DNA of 64,000 nt from Strigamia acuminata (lineage: Eukaryota). Positions 61,286-64,000 of the stretch are shown here, in pieces; the first letter of the stretch is position 1; each line of letters begins with the position of its first letter. A program made the position numbers and the translations under genes. The stretch spans positions 9,300,001-9,364,000 of the forward strand of contig OX442314.1 in the NCBI GenBank assembly GCA_949358305.1, in the 5' to 3' direction. Below the pieces are notes generated by a model. It had not been told where the DNA came from. It ran no database searches and saw only the letters and a list, made by a program, of their open reading frames with translations.

Positions 61286-61949
61286 TTATCTGTACAATTT
61301 TCCTCTTAAACCAGATGTTTATTTCATCCTTAAAAATGACTGTTAGATGTGCAAACACAATAAGTAATTAATAAATGTCTGCATTTGGAGATTACAGTAC
61401 ACACTGGGATAATTTATTATTGTTTAATGATGCCAGATATGCTGGAAATTAAGTAAAAGCAGAATTTGTCACTGTACACACAAACCACTAATGACCTAAA
61501 CTTGAATTCACCAATTGCAAATGGAGTTGTAAACAACATCAATGATGATTTTTCTTTGTGCAATCTCAGTTCTCTATAGCATCATCAAAAGAGGAAACTT
61601 TAGCCTCCAATCAGACTGGGATCCATTCTAAACCTCAGCCTTTTCCAACCCCATTAACTTTGATCTAAACTCACACCTGAAATTAATTCAATTACCTCAT
61701 TAACCAAATTGCACTTCCCTTAAAAACATTAACAATTCACTACTTTTTTTTTGCTCATCCCCAGCTTCTTCAAACTCCCTCTGGTGACTGAAAAATCAAA
61801 GACAAATTGTTTTTCACGGTTTTCCTAAATCGAGCACGCGATAAAGAGATTAAGAGCAGCAAGTCTTTAATTTGAAAACCAAGTGAAGCAACAAATTTAT
61901 CTCCATTTATCCCGTCAATATTACAACTCCGCTCCATAATCTACATTTT

Positions 61950-62058
61950 AATTTTGCTTCGGCAATAGGTATACTAAAATTGGAACGATTCAGAAAAGAT
62001 TAGAGGGCCAGCACGCATGAATGAAAGAAAAAATCGTCGAGCGATAAAAATACATTTT
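61950..62058 (+). ncRNA. Divergent full-length U6 snRNA-like sequence (variant or pseudogene)
   Basis: TGCTTCGGCA..TATACTAAAATTGGAACGAT-TCAGAAAAGATTAG..GGCC...ATGA...AAATCGT..AGCG...TTTT is colinear with canonical U6 over about 108 nt. Confidence 0.75.
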
Positions 62059-62272
62059 CCGTTTAACGACTTTTCTCTCTACGTTGCTTCGATGAAAATC
62101 GAATTTTTGATTAACGTTGACTTATATCAATAAACCAGACTGTTCTTAAAGTATTTGACCAACTGTAGGACCATCATCTATAGGTGCGTTCAATTTTGCG
62201 AAAAGAATGACAAATCTTTCCTTTTCTTCCTTTTTGGACACCGGAAATGACGTAAAACACATCATCCAAAAT

Positions 62273-62807
62273 CGAGGGGGTAGCCAATGCTGGAAATCTC
62301 GTACAAGCAAAGATTTTGGATTTCAAAATCCTCGAAATCTCATGAAATCCTGGAAATCTTTAAAATTTCATGAAATCCTGGAAATCTTTAAAATTTTATG
62401 AAATCCTGGAAATCTTTAAAATTTCATGAAATTCTGGAAATCTTATAAATTTTCTTCCAAATAGTCACAAATTCTAGCAAAATATTTTAAGAAACCCACA
62501 TGAAATTCTGAGAAACCCTTGTAAAATCCTGAGAAATCCTTGTGAAATCCTGAAATCCTTAGAAATCCTTGAAATCCATAGCAAATCCCTGAAATCTTCG
62601 AAATCTTTCAAATCTCGTGAAATCCTGGAAATCTTGGAAATCCTGGAGATCTTATAAATTGTTTTGCAATTTGGTGTAAATTCTAACAAATCGAGCTGGA
62701 AATCTCGCACAGGCAAAGATTTTGAATTTCAAAATCCTTGAAATCTCATGAAATCTTCAAGGATTTCAAAATCTCGTACGCGATTTTTGCGATTGGCTAC
62801 CCCCTCG
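62273..62807. mobile_element. Non-autonomous TIR element with GAAATC repeats
   Basis: TIRs CGAGGGGGTAGCCAAT / ATTGGCTACCCCCTCG. Flanks TCCAAAAT / TCCAAAAG suggest a 7-8-bp TSD. Confidence 0.8.
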
Positions 62808-63543
62808 TCCAAAAGATACTTTTACAAAAAGTAGCAATCGGCTATATTCCCACTAGTGTGCGTCAACCTGTACAACTTAAAAGGTTTCAAAACAAAATAA
62901 TAAAGTCAACGAAACAGTCTCAAAGGCCTAATCAAGCATGCAAATACAGTAGTGGCTATTTCAGTCATTTGTTTACAATTTTTTTTTTTAAATTAGCATA
63001 CATTGTAAATTTATGCACGGGGCCCCAAAGTTCAATTCGAAACCCCGACCCGGAGTCACGTTTGAAAAGGTGCTCCATAATTCATCATCTGAAATGGGGA
63101 TCAAGTGAAGTTTTAGTGAGCTGCTCCCACTGCCGCAAGATGGCGAATGGAGATGAGGGTTGTAAAGTTGTAAACTTTCCAGATTAGATGCACAAACAGC
63201 TGAGCTGACATTCTTGGTTTTTCTTCTCTCTTTAGCTTATTGCATTCGTTTTACGTCTTCTCAGACCCACGCGTTTTACGAGCTGCGGTTTTCGAGAGCG
63301 GCGGAACTGAATGCGGCTTCCCCCTTGTGGCGGTATCTCGCGTCACTTGTCGTAAATGGAGCTGATTTTGAAAAATAAAAACGGCTATTAACTTGTTTTC
63401 GGACGTACTTTTTATTATCCGTACACATAAATTCTCAACTTTTGTTAAAAGTTAAAAATTATTTTTTAAAAAAAAAATGTTACGACAATAAAATAAAGTT
63501 TTCGCGTTCTAATACATCGCTATAGAATTTCAATCTATATTTT

Positions 63544-63583
63544 AATTTTGCTTCGGCAATACGTATACTAAAATCGGAACGAT
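63544..63583 (+). pseudogene. Second U6-like sequence, 5' 40 nt only
   Basis: TTTTGCTTCGGCAATACGTATACTAAAATCGGAACGAT. It shares the upstream ATCTAyATTTTAA with the 61950 copy, then diverges. Confidence 0.7.
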
Positions 63584-64000
63584 TTCTAATGGCGTAATGT
63601 CACTTGGCGGTGAAAAATTGCAGTTGTCTTGAGGGGGATGTTCATTGCACACACGCACACAACTAAATAACGGATAAATTTTTCAATAGAAAAATATTTT
63701 TGCAATTCAAACTGATAGTGTTTATTTTCTTGTGTCTAGTAGTTTTCAAGAGGGGTCTCTGAACTCTACACATAGCTGGGAGCAATCAGAGAAGAGAGAA
63801 ATTTTTTTTTTATATTTTAAAAAAGAAAAGAAAAAGAATATGGTGGGGGGAAAAAATGGAAGGGGAAGAGAAGAAACAGGCTCAAGGCGAGAGGAGAATT
63901 TTTATTAAAAGCTTTGTTGTGATTCATCTACAGCATTTAGGCTTAAATAAACATTGGAAAGGCGATGCGCAGTTTGAGCATGAAACTTCAACATCTTTTC

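Noticed and set aside
62738..63187. 149-aa ORF near the right end
   Set aside because: It starts inside a repeat element, has no recognisable motif, and I could not build an exon structure.

Overview
Eukaryotic, AT-rich genomic DNA with many short spliceosomal introns; probably an invertebrate, host not identifiable from this window. The backbone is a + strand tandem array of seven apparently intact acid-lipase-family genes (gastric/lysosomal lipase, insect lipase-1/3 type) plus one pseudogene, 8543-61285. All seven keep a plausible Ser-Asp-His triad, but all replace the G-x-S-x-G nucleophile elbow with S-x-S-x-[S/T/A], and six replace the oxyanion-region HG with PG. Transposons saturate the region. 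A minus-strand LTR retrotransposon runs off the left edge, and its 5' LTR is split by a complete ISL2EU-type DNA transposon (THAP-DDE transposase plus SWIM-YqaJ nuclease gene). A young 14.2-kb Ty3/Gypsy element in an intron of lipase copy 1 is part of a five-layer nest of insertions and carries a non-Env third gene with a predicted intron. Also present: about 20 MITEs (hAT-, Tc1/mariner-, PIF- and piggyBac-like), a decayed RING-finger ORF, and two divergent U6 snRNA-like sequences near the right end. All gene models, alignments and counts were made by eye, so boundaries may be off by a few bases.
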